From an uncultured Phycisphaerales bacterium (GTDB taxonomy: Bacteria; Planctomycetota; Phycisphaerae; Tepidisphaerales; Tepidisphaeraceae): a stretch of DNA of 64,000 nt. Made by a program: the position numbers and the translations under genes. This document shows, piece by piece, positions 11,028-20,597 of this stretch (its first letter is position 1; every line of letters begins with the position of its first letter). The notes under the pieces are model-generated. The model ran no database searches. It had not been told where the DNA came from and saw nothing but the letters and a program-made list of their open reading frames with translations. The stretch is taken from contig CAVWLP010000003.1 in NCBI GenBank assembly GCA_963755915.1, forward strand, positions 704,001 through 768,000, read 5' to 3'.

Positions 11028-14000
11028 CTACTTGCTGGTATTGCTCGTCAACAGCGGGAAGTTCTTCGCTTCAATTTCCTTGTCGATCAGGATCGTCGGC
11101 TTCAGCAGGATCAGCAGCACCTGCTCGTCGTTCGATTCCGAAGTATTCGTCGCCAGCCGCTTCAGAATCGGAATCTTGGACAGCCCCGGCACGCCGGCTT
11201 CAAGATTGACCTCGCCCGCGATCGTCACCCCGCCCAGCATCAACGTTCCACCGTCCGGAACCGTCACGCGCGTTCGCACTTCGGTTCGCTCTTCCGTGGC
11301 TTCCTGGACGCTCAGGGTCGGGGCCACGAATCCACCCGAAAGAATCGTGTTGTTGCTGGTGGTCTCCGTCGGCGCCGCCGCCGCAATTTCGAATTCAAAC
11401 GTCGTGAACCCAAGGAACGAGTCGAGCTGCGGATCGACGTCCAGCGTCACATACTTGTGATCCGCGCTCACCAGCGCCCGCTCGACCACGAGCTGCACAC
11501 CATCTTCCGCATAGCTGATCACCGGCGCGGCGATTGCCGCTCCCGTCGCCACCGAGACGTTCAGGCTCGAAACGTACGGCAGAAACGTGGTCTGGTATAT
11601 CGTTGCCCCCTGCCCGTTTTGCAGCGTCACCCGCGGAGCGTGCAACACGCTCAGCCGCGACGATTCCTGCACCGCGTTCAGAACCAGCTCCACCTGGAAA
11701 TCGTCAAAGATATTCCCATAAACCCCGCCAAGGTTAAGCCCGTTTTCGTCCGCTTCGGGGTTCGTTCCCAGGCTGCCCGGCAAACCCGTCGAGGGATTGC
11801 CCGTGAATCCCGACGTTCCGTTGCTTAAGGTGATCGGACTCCAGTGGGCAGGATCGATCGGCACGCTCGAGCCCGGAACCGTCTGCACGTTGTTGTTGAT
11901 TCGCATGCTCAGGTTGACGCCCACGTCCTCCAGGAAGTGACGCGAAACCGTCAGGAACCGTGCCTCGATGTTCACCTGCACCGCCTGCGCCTCGCGAAGC
12001 TGCGCCAGCAGGTCCGCGATCTTCCCGTGCACCTCGTTCGTCTGCGTGATGATGAGCTGGTTATTGAAGTCGTCGATCTGCCCATACCCGTTCGGATCGT
12101 TGTCCTTCCACGAGCTGAACTCGACCGTATTCTCGATCTTCTTCTTGATGTCATCCAACTGCTGCGTGCGCTCGGTAGCCCCGGTCTGCCCCTGGCTATT
12201 GGTCTGGAGGCTCGAACTGCCGCCACCCCCGCCGCCACCCGTCACCTGCGCGCTGCCGCCGCTGATGTTCTGGATCGTCGGATCGAAATTCGGATTGATC
12301 AGCAGATCGGTAATGTCATACACCCGCGTGACGACCGCCTTGTTCAGCTCGTCCTGCGTCGAAATCTCGATCACGCCCTCGTCGATCGTATACCCAAGCT
12401 TCCCCGCTCCCGCTTCCTGCAAAATAATGTCCAGCACTTTCGAGAACTTCACATCGTGCAGTGTCACCGAAACCTGCGTCGTCTGCTTGTCGATCCCGTC
12501 CGCTTCCAGGGCCTTCCAGTTCACCAGGATGTTCGCCCCGGTCAGGTCTCTCAGGAAGTCGATCGCATCCGTCAGCGCCACCTGCGGCAACTGCACGCTG
12601 TTCAAACGCCGGTCCAACTGCGCCTGCACCGCCTGGTCTTCCTTGCTCACGTTGCTGTTCTTCAGCTCCGTGTCGCGCATCGTCGAAATATCCGGCCAGT
12701 TCTCCGGGAACCGGAAGATGTCCCCATACGGAACCTCCGCCTCCTGCGCCTGGTTCAGCGTCCGCTCCATGTTGTAGTCAAACTGCTCGCGGTAGTGCCG
12801 CTGCTCCTGGAGAATCGCCTTGTCCTCCACGAACTGCCTCACGCCCAGCGCGTAATCGTTCTGCGGATCCAGCGTCAGAATCTGGTCGAGCACCCCCAGC
12901 GCCGCCGCGTAATTCTGCTGGTCGATCTGCTCGCGTGAAAGCTTGATATACGCCGCGACGGCCGAGTCCCGCCGGCGTTTATCCTGTCTCTCCGCCTCAG
13001 TCTCTTCGGTCGCCGCCTGCTGCGCTCGCACGTCTTCGGCTTGCCGCTCCGATTCATTCCGCGCCTGCCGAAGGTCCAGCGACGCCCGCTGAATCGCCGC
13101 ATCCATCCGCCGCAGATCATCCGCGTTGAACACCGTCGGATCCTGATCCCGCGCCGCCTGGGCCTGGGCGATGTCGTTTTCGGCCGCCGCAAACAATCCC
13201 TGATCCGTATCCCTGCGCGCCTGGTCGACCGCCGTGTTGAACTTGTAGTTGATCGCCTGGATTTCCTGCGAGATATATTCCTGCGTCCGCGTCAGCGTCA
13301 CCCCGCCCTGGTTCGGACCGCGCCCGGTCTTCGCCAGCAGCCGATCGCGCCCCTGCACCGCGTCCGAGTTGGTCGGATCCAGATCGACCGCCTGCGTATA
13401 ATCGTTCAGCGCCTCCTGGTCGTTCCCGGCCGCCTCAGCCTTCTTGCCCAGATCGACCAGCCCCTGCGCCTTGTAAACCCGCTGCTGCTCCGCCAGCCGG
13501 TCGATTTCCGCCTGGTGCTGAAGCTGTGACTGATCCCCCCCGCCTTCCGTCCCGCTCTCGGGGGTTGTTTGCGTGGAGGTCGCATCCGCGAGGTTAATCG
13601 TCTCCCCCGAAGCCGCGGCCGCCGCCGGCGCGCCAGAAACCGGCGCCGCCGACGCCTGATCGATCCGCTGGATATATTCCGAAGGCGGAAGCCCTTCCAG
13701 ATACCCCGGCGTAAAGCCAAACTGGCTTGCCTTCACAAAATCAATCCGTGCATCGGGATAATTGCCCGCGCGATACTCCGCCCGGGCCCGATCGTAAGCT
13801 TCCCGCCCTTCCGCATCCGCCTTGTTCTGGTATTTCGCCTCCCCCTGGTCCATCTTCTTCAAATATTCCGCCGGGCTGGCTTCGAGAAACCCGCCGTTAT
13901 ATCCAATATCCTGCGCCTTGTTGAAATCCGCCCGAGCCGCGATCCAATCCCCCTTGCGATATTCCGCGACCGCTTGCTTGTAAACCGCCTTCCCCGCCGC

Positions 14001-14669
14001 CGAATTCACGTTCTGCGACGCGTTCAAATCGGCCAGCTCCTGCTGCGCGCGCTGCCGCGTTGCATCATCCGCCCGCGAATTGCTCAAAACCGCGTTGTAA
14101 TGTGCCTGCGCGTCCGCAATCTGGCTCGCCTGCCGCGATTCATCCCCTTGCGCAAGCTCCGATCGAGCCTCCCGCTGCTGCGTTGCCGCCTCGTTCGCTT
14201 TCGCCAGGATGCTCACCAGCGTCTGATGGTCCTGGGCGCTCAGCGACTTGATGTCCACTTCCTGCAACGTCGCGACGGATTGATCGTATTGCCCCTGGTT
14301 GTAAAGCGTGATCCCCCTGCTCAAAAGATCAGAATTGGCCCCAGGCTGTGCATCGGCAGATTCTGCGCCCGAGGCATTCGGCCCACCAGCCGTCTGGTCC
14401 GCATACATGACATTGAATCGCGTAATCCCCGGCGGCAACGCCATCGAAGCCGCGAAGCCCACACACGCAAGCTTCCGCCGGCGCGTGCTTACTTCACTTT
14501 TTCCGTTGCCATGGGATCGGCTGCTCTTCGATTGATCGGACGAAGCGACTGTCTGAGTGGTGGGATCGAACAACACTTGTTCCTCCTCAGTTCTGGTTTC
14601 GTTGCGATTCGTCGGGTGCGTAAGGCATGCAACGGTGAGATATTCGGTGATACGAACCGTGCCTGACAA
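11028..14669 (-). CDS. Large TPR-containing secretin (GspD/PilQ-like); true start uncertain
   Basis: TPR repeats, STN/N-domain (TRVYDITDLL; QLIITQT...IADLLAQLR), secretin domain QVNIEARF, APRVTLQNGQ, VTVPDGGTLMLGG, GVPGLSKIPIL. Confidence 0.9.
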   Translation of the reverse strand: MSGTVRITEYLTVACLTHPTNRNETRTEEEQVLFDPTTQTVASSDQSKSSRSHGNGKSEVSTRRRKLACVGFAASMALPPGITRFNVMYADQTAGGPNASGAESADAQPGANSDLLSRGITLYNQGQYDQSVATLQEVDIKSLSAQDHQTLVSILAKANEAATQQREARSELAQGDESRQASQIADAQAHYNAVLSNSRADDATRQRAQQELADLNASQNVNSAAGKAVYKQAVAEYRKGDWIAARADFNKAQDIGYNGGFLEASPAEYLKKMDQGEAKYQNKADAEGREAYDRARAEYRAGNYPDARIDFVKASQFGFTPGYLEGLPPSEYIQRIDQASAAPVSGAPAAAAASGETINLADATSTQTTPESGTEGGGDQSQLQHQAEIDRLAEQQRVYKAQGLVDLGKKAEAAGNDQEALNDYTQAVDLDPTNSDAVQGRDRLLAKTGRGPNQGGVTLTRTQEYISQEIQAINYKFNTAVDQARRDTDQGLFAAAENDIAQAQAARDQDPTVFNADDLRRMDAAIQRASLDLRQARNESERQAEDVRAQQAATEETEAERQDKRRRDSAVAAYIKLSREQIDQQNYAAALGVLDQILTLDPQNDYALGVRQFVEDKAILQEQRHYREQFDYNMERTLNQAQEAEVPYGDIFRFPENWPDISTMRDTELKNSNVSKEDQAVQAQLDRRLNSVQLPQVALTDAIDFLRDLTGANILVNWKALEADGIDKQTTQVSVTLHDVKFSKVLDIILQEAGAGKLGYTIDEGVIEISTQDELNKAVVTRVYDITDLLINPNFDPTIQNISGGSAQVTGGGGGGGSSSLQTNSQGQTGATERTQQLDDIKKKIENTVEFSSWKDNDPNGYGQIDDFNNQLIITQTNEVHGKIADLLAQLREAQAVQVNIEARFLTVSRHFLEDVGVNLSMRINNNVQTVPGSSVPIDPAHWSPITLSNGTSGFTGNPSTGLPGSLGTNPEADENGLNLGGVYGNIFDDFQVELVLNAVQESSRLSVLHAPRVTLQNGQGATIYQTTFLPYVSSLNVSVATGAAIAAPVISYAEDGVQLVVERALVSADHKYVTLDVDPQLDSFLGFTTFEFEIAAAAPTETTSNNTILSGGFVAPTLSVQEATEERTEVRTRVTVPDGGTLMLGGVTIAGEVNLEAGVPGLSKIPILKRLATNTSESNDEQVLLILLKPTILIDKEIEAKNFPLLTSNTSK

Positions 14670-14924
14670 CCCTCAAACCGTCCCTGTAAAACCCAACCCC
14701 GACGCAGGCACTACATTTGCGCCGGGAAGGCTAGTAAAATGAGTCTAAACAAAGCCCAGCAGCGATGCAAATAAAATTAAGACTCTCAACGCTGACCTAA
14801 GCCCTGCCTGTGACAGACATTGAAGCGCACAAAATGCGCCGATTCCGGCCCCACACGGGGCCGTCTCCTCAGGATCGTCCTATCACCCCAAAATCCCACA
14901 CTTTTCCCGGCCCCAACCCTCCCC

Positions 14925-14955
14925 GTTTAGCCGCAACCCCGCAGGGGTGCGCTTT
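14925..14955 (+). repeat. REP-like element, family A (variant)
   Basis: GTTTAGCCGCAACCCCGCAGGGGTGCGCTTT, abutting the guaA stop codon. Confidence 0.7.
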
Positions 14956-16500
14956 CACTCCCACTCAATAGTCGCCGGCGGTTTGGAACTGATATCGTAA
15001 ACGACCCGATTCACCCCCCTCACCTCATTGATAATCCGATTGCTCATCACCGCCAGCACATCAAACGGTATCCTGGCCCAATCCGCCGTCATAAAGTCCT
15101 GCGACTCCACCGCCCGGATCGCGATCACCCCGTCATAGCTCCGCGCATCCCCCATCACCCCGACGGTGGAAATTGGCAAATAAACCGCAAACACCTGCGC
15201 CGTCTTCCGGTAAAGATTCGCCGCGATGAGTTCTTCAAGCACAATCTCATCCGCATCGCGCAAAATCCGCAGGCTCTGGGGGGTTATCGGCCCAATATTC
15301 CGCACCGCCAGTCCCGGCCCCGGAAACGGATGCCTCCAGACAATCGACTCCGGCATCCCCAAAACCTCCCCCACCTGCCGAACCTCATCCTTAAACAGAT
15401 CCCTTAGCGGCTCCACCAATTCAAACCCCAGCTCTTCAGGAAGCCCCCCCACATTGTGATGCAGCTTGATATTCGCCGTCGTCCCGGCATGACCATGCCC
15501 GCTCTCGATCACATCCGGATAGAGCGTCCCCTGCGCCAGAAACCGAACTCCCTGGATGGACGCGGCTTCGCGCTTAAACGCTTCGATGAACTCCCGCCCG
15601 ATAATCTTCCGCTTCTGCTGCGGATCGGTAACGCCCTGGAGCGCCGCCAGAAACTGTTCGGTTGCGCCGGCAGTGATCAGATTGATCTTGAAATGATCGC
15701 GAAACGTGGACTCAACGAGCTGGCGTTCATTTTTGCGCAGCAGTCCATTGTCGACGAAGATGCAGACGAGTTGATCGCCGATGGCCTTGTGGAGAAGCGC
15801 CGCGACGACGGAGCTGTCGACGCCGCCGGAGAGTCCGCAGATGACTTTCCCGTCGCCGACTTGCTTGCGCACCTGGGCAATCGACTGCTCGATAAAGTTC
15901 CCCATGGTCCATGAGCCGGAGCACTTGCAGATTTCGTAGAGGAAGTTCTGGAAGATCTGCTCGCCCCGAGGCGTGTGCGTCACCTCCGGATGAAACTGCA
16001 CGCCATAGAACGGCCGCCGGGCGTGGCGCGCGGCCGCGAAGGGGCAGGTGGGCGTTGCAGCAAGGGCGACGAAGTCGGACCCCAGATCAAACACCTGGTC
16101 GCCGTGACTCATCCAAACCGTCGTATCCTCCGGCAACCCCCGCGTTAGCGGATCATCCGCGACGATGTGTAACCGGGTGCGGCCAAACTCCCGGGCGGCC
16201 GCGGGTTTTACTTGCGCCACCCAGGATCTGCGACCCAAGCTGCATCCCGTAGCAGATGCCGAGGATGGGTACCCCGATGTCAAAGATTTTCGGATCACAT
16301 TTCGGGGCGTTGGGTTCGTAAACGCTGCTTGGGCCGCCGGAGAGGATGATGCCTTTGGGGTTGAGCTTTTTGAGTTCATCGGCCGGGATGTCGGGCCGGA
16401 CTAGCTGGCTAAAGACGCCTTTTTCGCGAACCCGGCGGGCGATTAGCTGGGCGTACTGGGCGCCGAAATCAAGGATGGGGATTATTTCGCTGGGAGGCAT
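14955..16500 (-). CDS. guaA: GMP synthase (frameshift near 16215)
   Basis: [17 protein letters not shown] and GICYGMQ in ORF 16153..16500; [37 protein letters not shown] in ORF 14955..16379. Confidence 0.96.
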
Positions 16501-16584
16501 TTGGAGTTAATAACGGATGGAAACCGGTATTGCAATTCCCCGCCCCCCACGTTCCCAAACCCCCAAAAAATCCCCGCTCCAGGA

Positions 16585-16608
16585 ATGAGCCGGGCCGTCC
16601 CCGGCCCG
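16585..16608 (+). repeat. REP-like element, family B
   Basis: ATGAGCCGGGCCGTCCCCGGCCCG; exact reverse complement at 35677-35700; 2-mismatch variant at 17618-17639. Confidence 0.75.
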
Positions 16609-16651
16609 ATCCCCCGCCTTCACAAACCATATTTTGACGTACGCGCCCACC

Positions 16652-17137
16652 CTACAACTCAGCATTCTCAAACCGCACATTCCCCGGATTAACATCCAGA
16701 AGCACCATCCCACTGACCCGTTGAAACTCCGCCAGAATCAACTCAACCTCTCCCCATCGATCACCAAACGCCTCACTCTTCTCTCGCCGCCACTCTTCCC
16801 AGACCTCCTCCGGAAAATCGGGAGCCTCAGCCACCAGATATGCCGACGCAAAATCCAGCAGAAACGGCGGGGACACCACCGTCATCTCAATCGCCAGAAA
16901 TTCCCTCTCCGCGCGATAAAACTCCGGCACCTCATGACCGCGCACCTGATCGATTCCAAGCTCTGAAAGTCTTTCATACGCCCTCACTTCACGCGAATAT
17001 GATTCCCCCACTGTGAAAATCTTTACCGCGGTGCTACGATCCGTAGAATAAACGTCGCCATCCCGGCCCGAGCCCAGAACTTGCTTAAGCCGGATGCCCC
17101 ATCGCTCTTCAAGGACGGTTTTTATGTCTTCCGACAT
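16652..17137 (-). CDS. Small kinase-like protein
   Basis: Gly loop LGSGRDGDVY, AVK Lys, REVRAYERL helix C, plus DFA and DVNPGN motifs; start taken at ATG 17137. Confidence 0.7.
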   Translation of the reverse strand: MSEDIKTVLEERWGIRLKQVLGSGRDGDVYSTDRSTAVKIFTVGESYSREVRAYERLSELGIDQVRGHEVPEFYRAEREFLAIEMTVVSPPFLLDFASAYLVAEAPDFPEEVWEEWRREKSEAFGDRWGEVELILAEFQRVSGMVLLDVNPGNVRFENAEL

Positions 17138-17393
17138 GCCAACAGTTCTCCCGAAGACCCGCAGCCCTCGTGGAGCATACTCCGCCGCCGTCGAAATCCA
17201 ACTGCACACCTCAAACGGAGTTTTCTACCCCTCCCAAGCCGGCCATGATCGCCTGATTTTCCGCAAGCCGCAGGCCCTGGAACTTTCCACCGCCCGGCTG
17301 ATTATACTCGTCGACGGACAAGAGCAGGAATCAACAGTAGAGATTCTCCCCCACGAATCCCCCAGCCGACGAATCCCAATCCGCACCGTCTAG
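17136..17393 (+). CDS. Small hypothetical beta-rich protein
   Basis: MPTVLPK...YSAAVEIQLH...ARLIILVDGQEQ; in frame within ORF 17094..17393; stop coincides with the CTAG end of the downstream element. Confidence 0.6.
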   Translation: MPTVLPKTRSPRGAYSAAVEIQLHTSNGVFYPSQAGHDRLIFRKPQALELSTARLIILVDGQEQESTVEILPHESPSRRIPIRTV

Positions 17394-17580
17394 AGCATTT
17401 TCATTTCAATCGTGGCGTCTGCGTTGCTTTGGGCGAGGTTGGCCGCAAGGAAGAGCGACGAAGCGGGTTTGAACAGACCCGTTGAGGAGCGATGACCCCG
17501 CGGACGACCTCGCCCAAAGCAATCCCGAAGGGGTCGCCGAAGGCGACGCGGACGCTACGAGTGAAATGAAATTGCTCTAG
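17390..17580. mobile_element. ~190-nt structured palindromic element (MITE/RPE-like or ncRNA), copy 1
   Basis: About 38-nt imperfect terminal IR with CTAG at both ends; internal stems; 18-nt core identical to the copy at 39643-39832. Confidence 0.8.
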
Positions 17581-17728
17581 TCCCCAGAACAACACAATAG
17601 ATCCCCGCCCCAAGTCCGAGCCGGGCCGTGCCCGACCCGATCTTCCCGAGCGCAAGTCCCGCCAATTTCAATCCGTGGATGCCCACCGCACCGCGGTGGG
17701 CACTGTCCCAACCCAAAGAATCCTTCCA

Positions 17729-17992
17729 TTATCGTTTCTTGGACCCGTAGAATTCAAAAACCGCCACAACCGCCAGTACAAGAAAAACCTCCGCCGGAAT
17801 CAGCAGAACCGGAGCCCCGAGTACGTAGACGAACCTCCAAGGTCCATTTACCCCCTCAAAAAAGATCGCCATCACACCCAGGATTGCAACGACCGAAAGA
17901 ACAAAAATCGACCCCCAGATCCTTCTTGTCCACGAAGGCTTTCGTCTGCCGTTATAGCTCGTGCTCGCGTATTCCAATGGATCGAGCTTCAC
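17729..17992 (-). CDS. Small two-TM membrane protein
   Basis: 87 aa with two hydrophobic segments and a polar N-terminus (PLEYAS). Confidence 0.55.
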   Translation of the reverse strand: MKLDPLEYASTSYNGRRKPSWTRRIWGSIFVLSVVAILGVMAIFFEGVNGPWRFVYVLGAPVLLIPAEVFLVLAVVAVFEFYGSKKR

Positions 17993-18161
17993 AACCTCAT
18001 TCTACCCTCTGCCCGCGCCAAAGGCCCCAGAGCCCCCTCAACGCCCCCCAAGCTCCATTCACCAAATGTGCGCCGTTACCAAAGCCGCGAGGTGCTTGCA
18101 CCCGCGGGACCTCCCAGTCCACTGCTCCACTGTTCAACTGCTCCACTGCTCTCGCTCCCCC

Positions 18162-18710
18162 TCACGCCCCAAAATCCGCGAACATCTCATCCGACGCCAG
18201 CTTCGCCCTGCTGCGCCTCTTGATCTGGTTCTCCCGCTCCACCTCCTCCGCCACCGTACTCTTCTCCTCTTCGTTGGCGCGAATCATCCCCATCCCCTTC
18301 AAAAGCTGCAGCGCCGCTTTCGCATCCCCACCCTCCAGCGCCTTCTCCAGCGCGCTCGACGCTTTATCCAGCATCATCTTCAATCTCGACCGGCAGCTCT
18401 GCTCCATCATCTCATGCCACTGGTTGTAAGCCGCCTGAAAAGTCGCATCGTGCTTGAGCCACTGATAAATTGTCGTCCTTGAAACCCCGCAGCTCCGCGC
18501 CGCCTCCGTCACCGATCCTCCCGCCACCAGCGTCTCCATCGCCGTCCGCTGCTTCGCCGCCAACCCCTCCATCCCCATCCCTTCCCCCTCCTTCACCTCC
18601 GGCCCCCCAGAACCCCGCTGCGCCAGATCCGTCCCGACCGAATCTTGCCCCGCTACATTCTGGTCCACCAATTCCCGTTCAGCTTCAGTACCGTCAGACA
18701 TATGACCCAC
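18162..18710 (-). CDS. Helix-turn-helix protein (phBC6A51-like/terminase-small-subunit-like HTH)
   Basis: KQRTAMETLVAGGSVTEAARSCGVSRTTIYQWLKHDATFQAAY HTH followed by a helical C-terminus. Confidence 0.7.
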   Translation of the reverse strand: MGHMSDGTEAERELVDQNVAGQDSVGTDLAQRGSGGPEVKEGEGMGMEGLAAKQRTAMETLVAGGSVTEAARSCGVSRTTIYQWLKHDATFQAAYNQWHEMMEQSCRSRLKMMLDKASSALEKALEGGDAKAALQLLKGMGMIRANEEEKSTVAEEVERENQIKRRSRAKLASDEMFADFGA

Positions 18711-18740
18711 CTTTCTCTACGTGTGCGCCTCGATACCTAA

Positions 18741-18770
18741 CTTATACCTAACAACTCGCGCGATTGTCAA
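18741..18770 (-). promoter_or_regulatory. Putative sigma70 promoter of the HTH gene
   Basis: Minus strand TTGACA-18 nt-TATAAG, about 30 nt upstream of the ORF. Confidence 0.45.
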
Positions 18771-18958
18771 GCGAAAAAAAGTTTTTTTCCGCGGACTGCC
18801 CCGCTAACCGGCGCAGGTTTTATCAATCCAAAACAAAAATCGCAGGCTCCCGCGATTCTGCATCGGGCCTCGCAACTGAACACATTTTTCGCGCGATCAG
18901 AGCCCCCGCAACCCAAAACCGCCGCAACCCTCTTCTCTCCTCAGATTTACAAACGCAC

Positions 18959-18984
18959 AAATAGCTAGTATACACTAGCTATTT
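18959..18984. promoter_or_regulatory. AT-rich perfect palindrome (candidate protein-binding site)
   Basis: AAATAGCTAGT-ATAC-ACTAGCTATTT, 11-bp perfect arms. Confidence 0.55.
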
Positions 18985-18995
18985 TTTAAAAAGTG

Positions 18996-20518
18996 CAATA
19001 GTGTCCGGAACGCAGGCTCACCAATGACACAATCTTGCGCCTGCGCGAAGCAGCGTTTTGTGGTTCACTGCCGCCACGTGCACGCGGACCTTTGCCCAGC
19101 TTCTGGATTGCCCGCCAAGCCGGGACGAAAGCCGCGGCCGGCGGTGCGGGGGGAGGATTTGTTCGGCGGCAAGTACGTCGGTATTTTGCAGGATCATCTG
19201 GCCCGCCTGCGGGCGGCGCATCCCCACCCCAATCGCACGCTTTTTTATGACGATGTGACCCTTGCCTATCTGCTGGCGTTTTTCACGCCGGCGATTCGCA
19301 GCCTGCGGACGATGGAGGATTTCAGCCAGACCGAGCAGATGCAGGAGCAGCTTTCGGTCGATCGCCTGCCGCGTTCCACGCTTTCCGATGCCAACGCCCT
19401 GTTCGATCCGACGCTGCTGGAGCCGATCATCGAGGAGTTGCGGGCGCGGCTGCCGCACCTGCGTCACGGCGATCCGAAGCTGGCGGAGTTGACCGAGCGG
19501 GTACGGGTGGTGGATGGGTCGCTGTTCACCGTTGCCGCCGACGTGGCCTGGGCGCTGCATCAAAGTCGACCCAACGGAAAGCCCATGGACACGATTCGCC
19601 TGAATCTTCAATGGGCGGCGGGCGTGGGGGTTCCCGAGGGAGTGACGATCAGCGGCGCGGGATGCTCCGAGGCGCAGGCGCTGATGCAGTCCCTGGAGCC
19701 GGGACAGATTTACGTCATGGACCGCGGCTACGTCTGTTTCGAGCTGCTGGAGCGGATCGTACATGCCTGCAGCGATTTTGTGCTCCGGCTCAAGTCAAAC
19801 AACTATTTCATTCCCATCGAAAACAATGACTTGACCCCCAAGTCCCTGCCGCTGAGCGATGAAGACCGCGCTGCCGGCATTCTCAGCGACCGGATCGGAT
19901 ACCTGGGCTCAGAAGGGCCACGCTTTGCTCCTCCGGCGGGAAAATGGCTTCGGGAAGTGACGATCTTCGACCCGGACAAACCCGACAGGCCCCTGCGGCT
20001 GCTGACCAATCTTCTTAACATTCCCGCCCATGTCATCGGTCTGCTCTACCGCTGGCGATAGAAGATCGAGCTGTTTTTCCGCTGGCTGAAAGTGCACGCC
20101 CACTTCCGCCATCTCACCAGCCACAGCAAAAACGGCGTCACCACCGGGTTCTACATCGCGGTCATCGGGGTGCTGTTGATCTATCTGCACACGCAGCGTC
20201 CGGTGAGCAAATATGCCTACGCGATGCTGAGCCTGGTCGCCGCGGGAGGGGCCACGTTGCAAGAGATTATTCCCATCCTGCAGCGCCGAGAACGGGAATG
20301 CGAGCTGCAGCGTCAGCGTGTGGCACGGAAGAAGGCTGAAAAAATCGTCAAGTAAGTCACCGGGGGTTTTTGTTGTCCGGCCGCCGGTGAACGCCGCGGC
20401 ATGCGCTGCAGGAGCAGCGCTGAACCTTCCACGCCGTTGCCCATCGAGGCAACGCAGCCTTTCGAGTGAAAACCCGAAAAATCCCAGCTCTAAGACGCGG
20501 AAGTCCCGGACAATATTG
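18996..20518 (+). mobile_element. IS4-family insertion sequence
   Basis: TIRs CAATAGTGTCCGGAAC / CAATATTGTCCGGGAC (14/16); 9-bp target duplication TAAAAAGTG at 18987-18995 and 20519-20527. Confidence 0.92.
19024..20355 (+). pseudogene. IS4-family DDE transposase with in-frame TAG at 20059-20061
   Basis: RSTLSDAN, VVDGS, VMDRGY, and YRWR*KIELFFRWLK (YREK motif, where Trp is expected at the stop); ORF 20092..20355 continues in the same frame. Confidence 0.85.
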
Positions 20519-20597
20519 TAAAAAGTGTTCAGTTTTGTTCAGAAGTGTTCACCCGCCCTGCCCCGGCGATCCCGGAGGAGGACGGATGCAACTCGCC

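Noticed and set aside
18162-18710. Prophage indicated by the terminase-small-like HTH
   Set aside because: No large terminase, portal, capsid or integrase in the window.
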